Positions 9,214 through 20,520 of a stretch of 64,000 nt of DNA are shown one piece after another (the first letter of the stretch is position 1; every line of letters begins with the position of its first letter). The stretch spans positions 1 through 64,000 of the forward strand of contig JAMWBK010000002.1 in NCBI GenBank assembly GCA_029953675.1, given 5' to 3'. Under the pieces are notes generated by a model. That model was given only the letters and a program-made list of their open reading frames with translations, searched no databases and was not told the DNA's origin. The DNA comes from Rhodosorus marinus CCMP1338. Its lineage: Eukaryota; Plantae; Rhodophyta. Position numbers and translations under genes: made by a program.

Positions 9214-12200
9214 CTAGCAAGATACTACCTTGATACTTGCTGGGCAGCTCTCGGAGACGACGGTAACTTTGGCCTCCCTCATATTTTCACTGAGGACGGC
9301 GGCTGAGAGGTTGAAGATTACAGATTTCTTGTTGGAGCTCACTGCAACGCCTTCCGGTCTCTTCCACTGCGTCCTCTTCGGCTTATCGGACCAATCCCAA
9401 TCCATCTTCATCATCTTTGGCAGATAAACTCCATCGTTTGCTCCGATGGTGATCTCGCACGCGCTGACTTGACCTACTGAGGATTCTGACACAACTCTTT
9501 TTACAGAAGAGCTGTACGAAGCGCAAGCAGTCGATCCTATTTCACTCAACATGGTTTCAGCGGGCACGAAAGCAGATTTTTCCCTGAATTCCTCGAACAG
9601 GGCGGAAGCGCTCGTTCCCTCTTCGTCCGGAGCTGAGGTTGGCGTCGCTTCGACTGACGGCATCGGCGAGGGAGTCGAGGTTGGCGTCGCTTCGTATACC
9701 GGAGTCGGCGAGGGAGTGCTCGTTTCTTCCGGCGAGAACGAGTTGCACATGATCGGTATTTTATCGTCAAGAGGGTCGGCAAAGTTTGACCTCACATAGC
9801 TTCCGGTGAAATAGAGCCGAATATTTGCGATACCTTCGATGTCTATCAACCTCGTATCCAGCCGGTAGTTGCTGAACGGGCTGATATCGAGGTAATTTTC
9901 TTCAGAAAATATGGCGTGCTGTCGAATGAAGTTCGACGCCATCCAATCAGCCAAACTCTGCTCCTCATCATCCGGGGCGCTGCCGTAGTACATAAAAGTA
10001 CGTCGCCTGTTGGTGTGCGAGAACTTCCTCACGTTATACATCGATTCTTCGTCGTCTCCCTCAGCGACCCGCACAATACCGGAGCTGGCCATGTGGGTGA
10101 TATCCAAAACGGGCTCGGCGCTATCGCTGACGCCGTCGAACACGGCATATATACTGTCCAAAGAGATCAGCGGGAAGAAGAGGGGAGATACCAGCCCAGG
10201 TAGGCTATTGAACGCCTTATTTGATGGATCTATGCAGAAGTTCATCGATCCTGTTTTCACGAATTCCGCCCAGTTTTCTTCTCCGATCGTCTCGGCGTTA
10301 AGCTCCACGGGGCCCCAGTAGGCGCCGTATTCCATCAACTGGTGGAGCTCGTAGGTGTTCTCATACCAATTTTTCAACGACTGCCGAAGCTTAAGAATCG
10401 ACTCTGAGGCGCACTGAAAGTACAAGCTCTTGGAGATGTCCAGTAAGGACGCCTCCCACTCGCAGTCGGCGAGGGTGATCGTGTTCAGCCCGGTAGTGGA
10501 AAGTCCCATCATTAGGTACTCCCTCGAGGTAAAAACCAACTCGAGATCCCTGTGGAAGTCGTCTACGAGTGAGTTGTAGTTGCTTTCGTGGGCGATCTTG
10601 ACCGCCGGGGCAGCGGGATTGATCATGTTGTTCTTGATCTCTATGTTCAGAGCGTCAACGACGTTCATAAGGTAGAGCTTCCTCGCCGTAACCTGCTTTA
10701 GGTAAGCCATGTAGCTCGTGTAAAGCGCGATCAGATCATTCTTCTGCTCAACCCACATGTCTGCCGTATCGAAAGCCCTGAGAAAACCGCTTGCCGACGA
10801 GTAGCAGTCTTTCTTCATGAAGCTGACGTAGTCCATTAGCTCCTTCCTATCCATTGCCACCATCGCCGAGCTCATGTTGTCCTGCATCGAGTTCAACTGC
10901 GCAGCGATTGCCATAGCCGCTTCGTAGTCATCGGCCTCGTAAAGACTGTCGAGTGGATCTGCTAGGGTATCGGAAGCTAGATTTCCAATGTCTTCCATGA
11001 TTGCGTCCACGCTTGGAGTGTACGCGGACCAGTCCGCTGAATCTCCCGCGGAAGGAAAGAAGCTGTGGATCTCCTTAGTAAGGTCGGTTATCGCCTTAAA
11101 CTTAAACCCGCTGAAGCCGTCGATACCCTTGAACGCGGTTTTTGCCGCATCGGACTTCGAATTGCTCGACCAGCCCCCAGCCTTTGACAGCACTCGTGTC
11201 ACCGAGAATCCCAGGTCGAAGACGCTCATAGCGAAGCTCGTAAACTCCATTACCGTCTCGAACACCATCTGAGCTTTCACCTTCTCCCAGCACTCGTCCA
11301 TAGCGACCTGCTGCTGGTCCATCTCCCAGTAGTATTGCCTAATGTTCTCCTCTGCGGTGAGGATAGAGCGATTTACCTCCTGCATCTGCACCAGGAGCTC
11401 CTCCTGCTTCGACCGCTGAGCCAAGATGCCGTTCTGTGCGTTGCTAGTCGCGTTGGTGAGCATCTCCATTGAGGCCGCAGCGTCATCAATTGAGTCTCTG
11501 AAAATGTCGTAGTAGATCTCCAGCTCGGCTCCGAGTTCACGTCTGTCCTCAAGGTAGTCCAGAAGATACTCGAAGCTCATCACGCTGACCTCGTTCACGG
11601 GCCTCGTCGTCGAGGTTGTGAGCTGGTTCGCAGCCTGGATGATCGAGATAGCCTGGCCAGCGAGGGAGGTATACTTTTCCCTGACGGTGTCATCGGCAGT
11701 CTGGTTGGCAGCACGCTGCGCATTATAGAGCATATCCGACGTTGAGGCCATGATCATCGCGTAGGCGTTTTGGTTTTGGTCGATGTTGTCATTGAAGAAC
11801 ATGACCCTCAACATTTTCTTCGAAAGGCTGAGACCGAAGTCAATGTAGGCAGGTGGCTGTATGTAGTCTACGTACGCATACTCCTGGGGTTGCTCAAAGT
11901 CGTTGTCATCCCAATCCTCCACTTCAGCGCCAACCACCCCCCGGAATGACTTCTCAAGTGGCAAATGGGAGATCGACCCTCCGCCTCCCCAGCCACCGGA
12001 CCACCCTTGGTCGCCTTGCGGAGGATATCGGAAATCAAATGACTCATAGTAGTTGACGTTCAGGATGATGTTCTTGGTCCATGTTCGAACCCCGCATCTG
12101 TTGGTAAGCGTGCCCCCGCTTCCCCCGTCACCTCCACGCCCACCGGTCCCCCCCGAGCCTGAGATCGATTGGCCAATAAAGAGCGCGCTGGCATCTTCAC

Positions 12201-13137
12201 TAGTTAACTCAACGTTCTCGCCACCCACAACAACATTTGAGTAGATCTTCACCTCTCCAGCCTTTCCACCGTCTCCTCCGGTACCACCCGTGCCTCCGGG
12301 CCCTCCCTGCTGCGGCGCGCCGGGGTTGTAGTACTGACAAATCTTTTTATCGCCATTCCATGCTGCATCAGTCGGACACTGATTACACCACCAGGCTGAG
12401 CACCGGCTTGCTACCCAGTCGTCCTTAAGCCCACAGGGCATACCGTCCACGCCCTGCTGAGCGTTGCCACCCTGTCCACCTATTCCTCCCGTTCCACCTT
12501 CACCTCCATTTGTCGTCACAGTCATTTTGAAGCCGCCCGAGTACAAGCTCGCAACATCCAGGCTCTTGGCGATAAGTGTGAAGTTCCCACCGCTCCTGCC
12601 CTGGTGCCCTTTGTAACCCGTGAAGCCCCATTTGCCCATGTCGCCATTCGGACTATCGGTGTGTGATTGTTGCTTCGGAGGACCTGGCACATCCGGCTGT
12701 TCCGGAGCCTCAGGAGGAAGGGAGGTGAGTTCATTTGCTGTGAGGTTCACTTCGAAGTCTCCATCCGTCTTTATCTCCACGACGCTCCCGATGATCGAGA
12801 GGTTCGTCCCCTGCATCTTCGCAACCGCCCCCGCGGCTCCTTTGATAAGAATGTAGTATCCGTATACAACGACATCTTGATCCGACCCGAAAAGCTTCGT
12901 CGAAGACGTCTCGTCCTCCGAAAAATCGATGACGTAGAAAAACGGTGCGTACACGTTGAAAACACCTCCTTCCTCACCATCGGCGTAGCCAGATGCCACA
13001 TCTTGTGCCATCAAGCATGCCGTACTCGACAATCCCCAGCCTTCACAAACTTCGGAGTCCTCTGCATTTACTGGGCAACTGAAAAGCAGCCCAAAAAGGA
13101 TGCACAGTCCCCATAACACGACTGTTTTAATGTTCAT
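9214..13137 (-). CDS. Large secreted Gly-rich/helical protein, putative Tc(TcA)-like toxin-fold protein, paralogue 1
   Basis: Intact 1307-aa intronless ORF. Signal peptide MNIKTVVLWGLCILFGLLFSCPVNA, GxxG/GGxGG runs with a Cys-rich insert, a long helical region, a C-terminal beta region with YLDISPFSNYRL, a PT/S linker and a terminal domain. Collinear homologue at 53968-57804. The function call is inference. Confidence 0.85.
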   Translation of the reverse strand: MNIKTVVLWGLCILFGLLFSCPVNAEDSEVCEGWGLSSTACLMAQDVASGYADGEEGGVFNVYAPFFYVIDFSEDETSSTKLFGSDQDVVVYGYYILIKGAAGAVAKMQGTNLSIIGSVVEIKTDGDFEVNLTANELTSLPPEAPEQPDVPGPPKQQSHTDSPNGDMGKWGFTGYKGHQGRSGGNFTLIAKSLDVASLYSGGFKMTVTTNGGEGGTGGIGGQGGNAQQGVDGMPCGLKDDWVASRCSAWWCNQCPTDAAWNGDKKICQYYNPGAPQQGGPGGTGGTGGDGGKAGEVKIYSNVVVGGENVELTSEDASALFIGQSISGSGGTGGRGGDGGSGGTLTNRCGVRTWTKNIILNVNYYESFDFRYPPQGDQGWSGGWGGGGSISHLPLEKSFRGVVGAEVEDWDDNDFEQPQEYAYVDYIQPPAYIDFGLSLSKKMLRVMFFNDNIDQNQNAYAMIMASTSDMLYNAQRAANQTADDTVREKYTSLAGQAISIIQAANQLTTSTTRPVNEVSVMSFEYLLDYLEDRRELGAELEIYYDIFRDSIDDAAASMEMLTNATSNAQNGILAQRSKQEELLVQMQEVNRSILTAEENIRQYYWEMDQQQVAMDECWEKVKAQMVFETVMEFTSFAMSVFDLGFSVTRVLSKAGGWSSNSKSDAAKTAFKGIDGFSGFKFKAITDLTKEIHSFFPSAGDSADWSAYTPSVDAIMEDIGNLASDTLADPLDSLYEADDYEAAMAIAAQLNSMQDNMSSAMVAMDRKELMDYVSFMKKDCYSSASGFLRAFDTADMWVEQKNDLIALYTSYMAYLKQVTARKLYLMNVVDALNIEIKNNMINPAAPAVKIAHESNYNSLVDDFHRDLELVFTSREYLMMGLSTTGLNTITLADCEWEASLLDISKSLYFQCASESILKLRQSLKNWYENTYELHQLMEYGAYWGPVELNAETIGEENWAEFVKTGSMNFCIDPSNKAFNSLPGLVSPLFFPLISLDSIYAVFDGVSDSAEPVLDITHMASSGIVRVAEGDDEESMYNVRKFSHTNRRRTFMYYGSAPDDEEQSLADWMASNFIRQHAIFSEENYLDISPFSNYRLDTRLIDIEGIANIRLYFTGSYVRSNFADPLDDKIPIMCNSFSPEETSTPSPTPVYEATPTSTPSPMPSVEATPTSAPDEEGTSASALFEEFREKSAFVPAETMLSEIGSTACASYSSSVKRVVSESSVGQVSACEITIGANDGVYLPKMMKMDWDWSDKPKRTQWKRPEGVAVSSNKKSVIFNLSAAVLSENMREAKVTVVSESCPASIKVVSC

Positions 13138-14959
13138 CGTTGCATCAACGTCTCCTGCTCATTGGTATGTCATCATTTTGACCTTGCTCGGAACTGCACT
13201 CCACAACAACCTCCAAGAAGCGCAAATTTATGTTGTTCAGAATGAACCGAAGGACCGCGGCGTGTTTTCCTGATGGCTGTGCGCAGTGAACTTGAGGGAG
13301 TCGAGTCCCTGCGGATCCAGGGCAAGCGCGGCCTCCGTACGAACCAACTTCGCGCCGCATTAATCTATGATATTGACTAAAACATGGTCATTCTCATTGC
13401 AATCGCGTACACTGCTGGAGACATGACTCGCCGCTTATGTAAACAAATGAAAAATCCGGACTGATGGCTGGGCGGCTTCCAATTATGGATTGGATACGAA
13501 ATAATTGAACTTCCCGCCCAGCTTCGGGACCGAACCTCATATGGAGATGTTCAATGAACGCTCTGCTTGGGAACGTCACCATGTTCACCACGCACAGTCT
13601 TTCACATCTTCGAAGGTGATCCTCTCCGCCACGCAAGAATTCTCGTCTAGTTTTGCTACTATCGGGCATTTCTTATAAGGTCCTCCAATGCATTGCTTTG
13701 GGTCTAATTATGGATTCCTCTCCAGGCGTTGAACCTCGATTCTTGGGAACGAATAATGAAGCCGGGCCTCCATATTGAACGGGAACTCTGGGATTATCAC
13801 CATTTTAGATTGAAATCGAACGACAATAACCCCCCGAGATGCTGCAAATTTCCAAACAGGTGCAGCTTCTAACGGGTAAGCATAATAATCCACTCTAAAT
13901 GCTTTCAAAATTTCAAGGACTTTAATGTCCATGCATCCTTAAAACGAACTGCGTGAAGCTTTCAGTCTCATACTTGCTCTCCCTAAATAAAGTGCGGCTT
14001 TGTCGAAACGGAACCTTCTGTTTTCCTTTTGAATGAGCCTATTTCGTTGTAGAACCTACCATCCTTCTTGTATCCAATCCTCACAGGGTAGGGCGAACAA
14101 TCAGACAGAGCTCATCAACATCAACCCACGCAACGCGGAGCAAACACTGCGGCTTTTTTTTTTCTTGTCCGCAGAATGCGAACTACTCCGCGGATGTTGG
14201 ATATGAGGAATTTCTGGTATTGCGCAAGAAAACTTGACGGTGGGGGAGGTTGACCAGTGTAGCTATTTGTGACCTCTTACTGGGGAACGCCTGGCGTCAG
14301 CCTTCATACGCACACAAACACGAACAAACACTCCAATCGCAACTTGTCGGCCTCGGGCAATCGGTATCAAAAAAAACAAAACACAGTAAAACCACGCCCT
14401 TGAGGGATGCTCTTGAATCAGATTCAAGAATTCAGTCCCCACAGCTGTGGCCAGAACCTATCTTCTCTTCATGCGATCCTCATGTGTAGGTAGTTTCCTA
14501 CTCATCTGCAGACGCCTCTCGTCGTGGATTTTACTCGCATTTCAGGTTTCACGGATCGAGTTCGACGCTCACAACCATCCTTTACACGTAGTAAACCACA
14601 GACTACGTTATCAATTTCCTTTCAGTCGGAGGGCAAGGTGGGCAACAGGTAGAGCGCCCCCCCCAAGACTAGATCACCACAAACGTCAGCGCTGTCAGTT
14701 TCCTCCAAGCAGCATCTCAACGAATGTTGCAGCGTCGAAACGTGCTGATTCATCATCCCTATTAGAAATGTTTCCGAATTTTTAACAATAAAAGTAGCTT
14801 CAAGATGACGTCAGTAACGACAATACATTCTAATTCAACAGTAGCGGGAAAATTACTTATTGCCAATTTATCCGATCGCTTAAACTTATGTCTTTTCTAA
14901 AAAAACAGCTAATCATGCCAATCTGGAAATTCTTCGAAAGATTCCCTTAATTAACCTTG

Positions 14960-15435
14960 CGCAGATCAAATACGCGGGCGCTTTGTCTTCCCCTGTTGTT
15001 GTCCTGGTGATCACCTGTGACGACAGCCGCCGTACCACATACGTTGATCTTGCTGTTCCTAACCCTCAAGCTAGTCGTTATCTCCCGGCTGCGGGGGAGC
15101 GCCGTGGATCTGCCGCCACCAGCATGAGACGCCGCAAAGAGATCAAATACGCGGGGGCTTTGTCTTCCCCTGGTGTTCGTGCTTCGGCATTAGCACATCG
15201 CTTGGTACCCCTGATCATTGAGTGCTTTGGGTTCATGGACTCTGTTGGTTCTCGCTGGCTTCGGGAGTTGTTCCGCGAACGCCCTGACCGTCTTCAATCG
15301 TTGTTTACCCGCTTAAGTTTCCTGCTGTGGCGCATGAATGCCGCTTTGATGTTGGAGGCGCGAGTACTTCGCCGCGCTTAGTCTTTTTTTCCCCTCGGGG
15401 TTTTTTTTTCAGCCTCCGATTAAACCATTCGTTCG
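14960..15435 (+). mobile_element. Family B 3' fragment (RLE + TTCG tail)
   Basis: Essentially identical to 26478-26910 (RRTTYVDLAVP...ARVLRRA*). Confidence 0.9.
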
Positions 15436-15474
15436 TTGTTCGTGCTTCGGCACTAGCACATCGCTTGGTACCCG

Positions 15475-15835
15475 TTTACTGGGCAGCTGCCTACTGCAGC
15501 GCAACACTACGTCTAATCCTATCTAGGGAAAAACTTGCTGGAACCCCGCTACCGGGGTCTCATGCTACGTTCAAAAGAAAAAACAGGCACCAGCGGATTC
15601 TCCAGCTGGTCCACGCGCAAAGCGCCTAATGCTATCTCTGCGTTACCTCGCCATAGTTGCCGGTTTATCTGCGATCTCACGTCTCTCAGCTCCTCACTCC
15701 TGTGCAGTAGGTACTTGCAGCTGTCGCGGAACTCTTGTGCCATTTGCCCCGTACGCCCAAACGTCTCTATCGCTATCGGGATGAACTTATCATCCGGTTT
15801 CTCGATCACCATCGCTTCTTTGTAGTGAGCGATTT
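15475..15835 (-). mobile_element. Family A 3' fragment inserted antisense into a family B copy
   Basis: ...ERSMRPR* plus 3' UTR on the minus strand. B sequence resumes at 15836, with ACCC duplicated (15470-15473 and 15836-15839). Confidence 0.8.
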
Positions 15836-16021
15836 ACCCCTGATAATTGAGTGCTTTGGGTTCATGGACTCTGTTGGTTCTCGCTGGCTTCGGGAGTTGT
15901 TCCGTGAACGCCCTGACCGTCTTCAATCGTTGTTTACCCGCTTAAGGTTCTTCGCCGCACTTCCCGTCTTTTTTTCCCCTCGAGGTTTTCTCTTTCAGCC
16001 TCCGATTAAACCATTCGTTCG
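15836..16021 (+). mobile_element. Family B 3' fragment
   Basis: LIIECFGFMDSVG... followed by the CAGCCTCCGATTAAACCATTCGTTCG tail. Confidence 0.8.
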
Positions 16022-16524
16022 AATTAACCTTTCTGATTGGACTGAGGAAATTCCCTTCAATATTAGAACTGTATGGAGACCGAATCTCTACCAATTAATG
16101 AAAATCAGATTGCCTCTAGATATACACCGATTCCATATTCGAGCTATTTTTTCTTCCAATCATCATCCTGGTGCGGAGCGTACGTAACGTAACCCCAGAC
16201 TAATCATGATGATGATTGGGGTAACGTTCGGAAATTCCTTTCAACATGAGAACTTTGTGGAGACCGAATCTCTACCAATTAACATAAAATCAGATTGCCT
16301 CTAGATATACTCCAATTCCATATTCGGACTGCCTCTAGATATACTCCATTTCCATATTCGAACTATTTTAGGGTTATGTTAGGCTGAGCAAACGCAAACT
16401 TTGACTAAATTTAAGCATGTTTAAAAATGCGAATTTCAGCTAAAAGGGTGGGCTGCTAAGTGCCAAGTGGTGGTTGTACGGACAGTAGAACTGGAGTGTG
16501 TTCCTCTGTCGTTAGTCTGGGGTT

Positions 16525-16926
16525 AGGCTGGAAGAACTCTGGCACGCGAGGCCGACGTGATGACCAGATATCATCTGGAAATTCTATTCGGAGGCCTCGC
16601 TACGACAGCTGTAGAGGACGATGAGTACGCAGAGCTGATCTCGGACCAAATCGCTCTGCCCTGCCGCTGGGGAGGTTTGGGTTTCGCTACTCGAAAGCGC
16701 GTCCAACCCATCGCGTTCTACTGGTCATGGAGAAACACCCTCCGGAACAATGAAGATGAATGGCCATACCTGACTGAACTAGAGCGGGAGGTTACGGCAG
16801 AACGCTCACCAGACACATACGAGCCGATGGAGCAACGATGGTCGACTGCACAGCTGGCGGACCAGATCTGTGCATCGTCGCGAGCAATACAACGGAGGCT
16901 CGGACCAGAAACCCCGCCGCGGATCT
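16525..16926 (+). mobile_element. Internal family A RT-thumb fragment bracketed by telomere-like motifs
   Basis: Matches 46070-46470 (reverse complement). Preceded by CGTTAGTCTGGGGTTA (16510-16524) and followed by TCTGGGGTTA (16924-16933). Confidence 0.85.
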
Positions 16927-16950
16927 GGGGTTAGTAAAGCTTACGGTTAC

Positions 16951-19900
16951 GGCACGAGCGCGACGGGCCGATGGCCATGGGGAAAAACGTCGCAATGCGC
17001 AAGTAATTCGGTTGGCCACCGTTGGCCGACTTTCTGCAGCCGCCCAGAGACTTGAGGCAACGGATCTCGCCCCTCTGAAACCATCCACCTGGCAGGCTCT
17101 CCGGGAGCTTTTCCCCGCTGAGCCAACAACACCGCTACACGAGGAAGTGGAATTGGAGCTCCGACGTATCCGCGAACAAGGCAACACACACCCTCCACGA
17201 GTGTGGAACCCCGCAGCAGCGAGCGAACAGTCCCTTTTCTCTGTGATCAACCGACTTCCAGCCAAAACGAGCCCCGGACCCAGCGGACTGAGAGCAGAGC
17301 ATCTCCACGCCGTTACACCTGCGAATAAGCCCAGATTGGTTAAATTTCTGCGACTCCTAGCAGGGAAACCTGAGTCGTTCCCGTCCATACTTCGTCAGGC
17401 CCTTCGTAGCAACCGGTTGCTTCCGTTTATCAAACCACAAGCAGAAGGAGTGGCGGCTGAGGGACGCTTCCGACTGAGACCGATTGCCGTTCCAGAGGTT
17501 TTGCGCAAGGTCGTTGCGCAGTGGGTAGTAGGAGGAATCTCTGGTCGGCTAAGCGAGTTCCTAGTTCCGCAACAGCTGGGGATTGCCGTTCGGAGCGGAT
17601 GCGAACAAGCGTTACACGCAGTACAGGCCCACCTCTATTACGAACCACAACACGCCTTGCTAAAACTGGACCTGGAGAATGCATTCAATAGGATTGACAG
17701 ACGACTGGCGGCTCAAGTTGCGGCGGCTTCATTTCCAGAGTTACTCCTTATCTTCCAGCTCGCTTACGGCTCATGTGCGAATGAGTCTCCAATGCAGTGC
17801 GGATGGACAGAAATGGCCGAAAGCGCTGGGAGAGTCAAAGACAGGCTGTATCTGAGAGCAAGCACTGGCGTTCAACAAGGAGACCCCGTGGGACCCGTAC
17901 TTCACGCGCTCGCACTGGCCCCGTTCCTTCGGGCCCTGCGACGCAAGTTCCCAGAACTGACGCTGGCGGCAGTACACGACGACATTTCTCTGGTGCGTGA
18001 TTTACAGGTGCTTAAAAGTGCTTTAAATTGGAGTGAAGAGGCACTCATCGGGATAGGAGCGAAGCTACAGCGATCCAAATGCCTCATCTACGCACCGAGA
18101 CTGGACACACCACGTAGGATAAATGTGGATATTCCGGACATTCAGGTCACGCGTGAGGGGACTACCCTGTACTCTATTCCCATTGGAAGGCGCCAATACG
18201 CGGAGGCAACATGCAGGACTATCCAAACACGTCATGCAAAGCTCGTGAACGCACTTCAACGTCTCCCAGAGTCGGAATTGCACGTTAAGTTAGCGATTTT
18301 CCGATACTGTGCGGGAACACGCCTTGATCACCATACCAGAGGCCTGGCGTATCCACTGGGCCGGACCACCGCCAGGGAAGCCGACGGCATCACCCTTGCA
18401 GAACTGGAAGGGTTATGTGGAGGACTGAGACACCATCAAGACATAAGCGGAGTTGAGACACACGTGGTGGAGCAGCAGATTCGACTGCCATGTCGATGGG
18501 GAGGGCTAGGGTTTGCTATGCGGACGAGGATTCAACCGGTCGGTTTTCACGCTGGGTGGAAGCAGAGTCTTCAGCAGAATATCACTCAGTCAGGTTACCT
18601 TAGGGGGCTACTTTTGGACTGTATTTCGCTTGCGGATGGACATCAGCGGTGTGAGATCAGTATGCAGTGGACCACGGACGATCTGGCGGTGCAACTTGTA
18701 GCGGCAAGCCATGCGGTACAGAGGAGGCTATCACCATCGACGAGTGCACGGATCAAGAGGCTAGCGGAATGGCAACCATTAGCAGACTGTGCAAGAGGAA
18801 CTGAGACGGATCCGAGGAGTTCCGGAGGATATGACGGTCCCATTCAAAAAACGCTCTGTCGAGAGTGCCACCGTCACGCCTTCGAGATACTCACGGAGTG
18901 TGCAACGGTGGAGGACGTAGACAGGGCAAGAATCCGGTCGGCGGCAGGGACGGGTTGTGGTGTATGGCTCAGAGACTGCCCTAACGTGGGTCCGCGGAAA
19001 TTAAGTCGGGATGAGATGATCTCGAGCATGAGGATGCTTCTGGGGCTACCCCTACCTGGACTCGGCCGGTCATACAGTTGCACAGTCTGCGAGCAACCAC
19101 ACGATGTGCGTGGGATCCAGCGGCTGCACCACTGCAGGACGTCATCGGGGATACATTAGTCTGGGATGCAACGGTGGAGGACGTAGACAGGGCAAGAATC
19201 CGGTCGGCGGCAGGGACGGGTTGTGTTGTATGGCTAAGAGACTGCCCTAACGTGGGTCCGCGGAAATTAAGTCGGGATGAGATGATCTCGAGCATGAGGA
19301 TGCTTCTGGGGCTACCCCTACCTGGACTCGGCCGGTCATACAGTTGCACAGTCTGCGAGCAACCACACGATGTGCGTTGAATCCAGCGGCTGCACCACTG
19401 CAGGACGTCATCGGGGATGCGCACAAAGAGGCACGACGAGCTGAAAGTCGAACTGAGTCGCTGGCTACACCTATGGAATTTCACAGAGATAGTAGTAGAG
19501 CCTCAGGGGTTCTTTGCTGGGTCCGGAATCCGACCCGATATTGTAGCACGGCACCCGACGAGTGGTTGCGTGTACGTGGTGGACGTGATGGTAACATCGC
19601 CACTTCAAAGGAATCAGTTGAGGCATACGAGTTGGAGCTGCGGATACGCTGCGAAACAAGCAGAACAAGCGAAGGCGTTGCATTGTAAGGAAGTGCTGAG
19701 GGTGGAAAACCGAGACCTAGTTTTTGTGCCGTTCATTTTGGAGACTTTTGGTCGAATGGGAGAGGCAAGCCTGGAATTTCTTCGCAAAGGGACGGCGCAT
19801 CTGCATGATCGTGATTCCCACCTGTCGGCGGTGAGAGGTCAAATCAATCGGATCCTGTGGCAGCAAAATGCTGCTTTAGTTGAACATGCGATGGAGAAAG

Positions 19901-20040
19901 ATCGCGCGGATAGAACAATATTTCCCTTGAGTAGAACTTAGATGAGACCCCTGGACAGGGGGTACCAGTGAGTTTAGAGCGAGCGCATAGTAGTGGTAAT
20001 GCGTTGCGGTAGGTAGCTGCCGAATAAAGGCTACGGGGTA
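16951..20040 (+). mobile_element. 5'-truncated family C non-LTR element (RT + RLE), disrupted by an internal duplication
   Basis: SPGPSGLRAEHL, STGVQQGDPVGP, AVHDDISL, LPCRWGGLG, CTVCEQPH..RLHHC. Sequence ~18900-19150 is repeated at ~19165-19410. RLE IRPDIVARHP..YVVDVMV, ends FPLSRT*. The tail ends CTACGGGGTAAC followed by GTTAGTCTGGG. Confidence 0.9.
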
Positions 20041-20056
20041 ACGTTAGTCTGGGTTA

Positions 20057-20356
20057 TGGGCGTACGGGGCAAATGGCACAGGAGTTCCTCCGGGACAACT
20101 GCAAGCACTTGCTGCACAGGAGTGAGGAGCTGAGAGACGTGAGATCCCAGATAAACCGGCAACTATGGCGAGGTAACGCAGAGATAGCATTAGGCGCTTT
20201 GCGCGTAGACCAGTTGGAGAATCCGCTGGTGCCTGTTTTTACTTTTGAACGTAGCATGAGACCCCGGTAGCGGGGTTCCAGTAAGTTCCTCCCTAGATAG
20301 GATTAGACGTAGTGTTGCGCTGCAGTAGGCAGCGGCCCAGTAAAGCTTACGGTTAC
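20057..20356 (+). mobile_element. Short family A 3' fragment
   Basis: MAQEFLRD...MRPR* plus full 3' UTR, flanked by motif tracts at 20035-20056 and 20351-20370. Confidence 0.88.
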
Positions 20357-20370
20357 GTTATTCTGGGGTT

Positions 20371-20520
20371 GGACCAGTTGGCGAATCCACTGGTCCCTGT
20401 TTTTTCTTTAGAACGTAGCATGAGACCCCGGTAGCGGGGTTTGGGTAGGCTTTTCCCAAGACAGTAGTAGCATTAGTGATACGCTGCAGTAGGCAGCTGC
20501 CCAGTAAAGTTTACGGTTAC
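20371..20520 (+). mobile_element. Family A variant 3' tail
   Basis: GAGACCCCGGTAGCGGGG hairpin and GGCAGCTGCCCAGTAAAGTTTACGGTTAC end. Same variant as 29925-30069. Confidence 0.8.

Noticed and set aside
13394-13932. Two short minus-strand ORFs upstream of toxin-like gene 1
   Set aside because: No recognisable motif, no clear splice support and both are under 100 aa; treated as probable intergenic or degenerate sequence.
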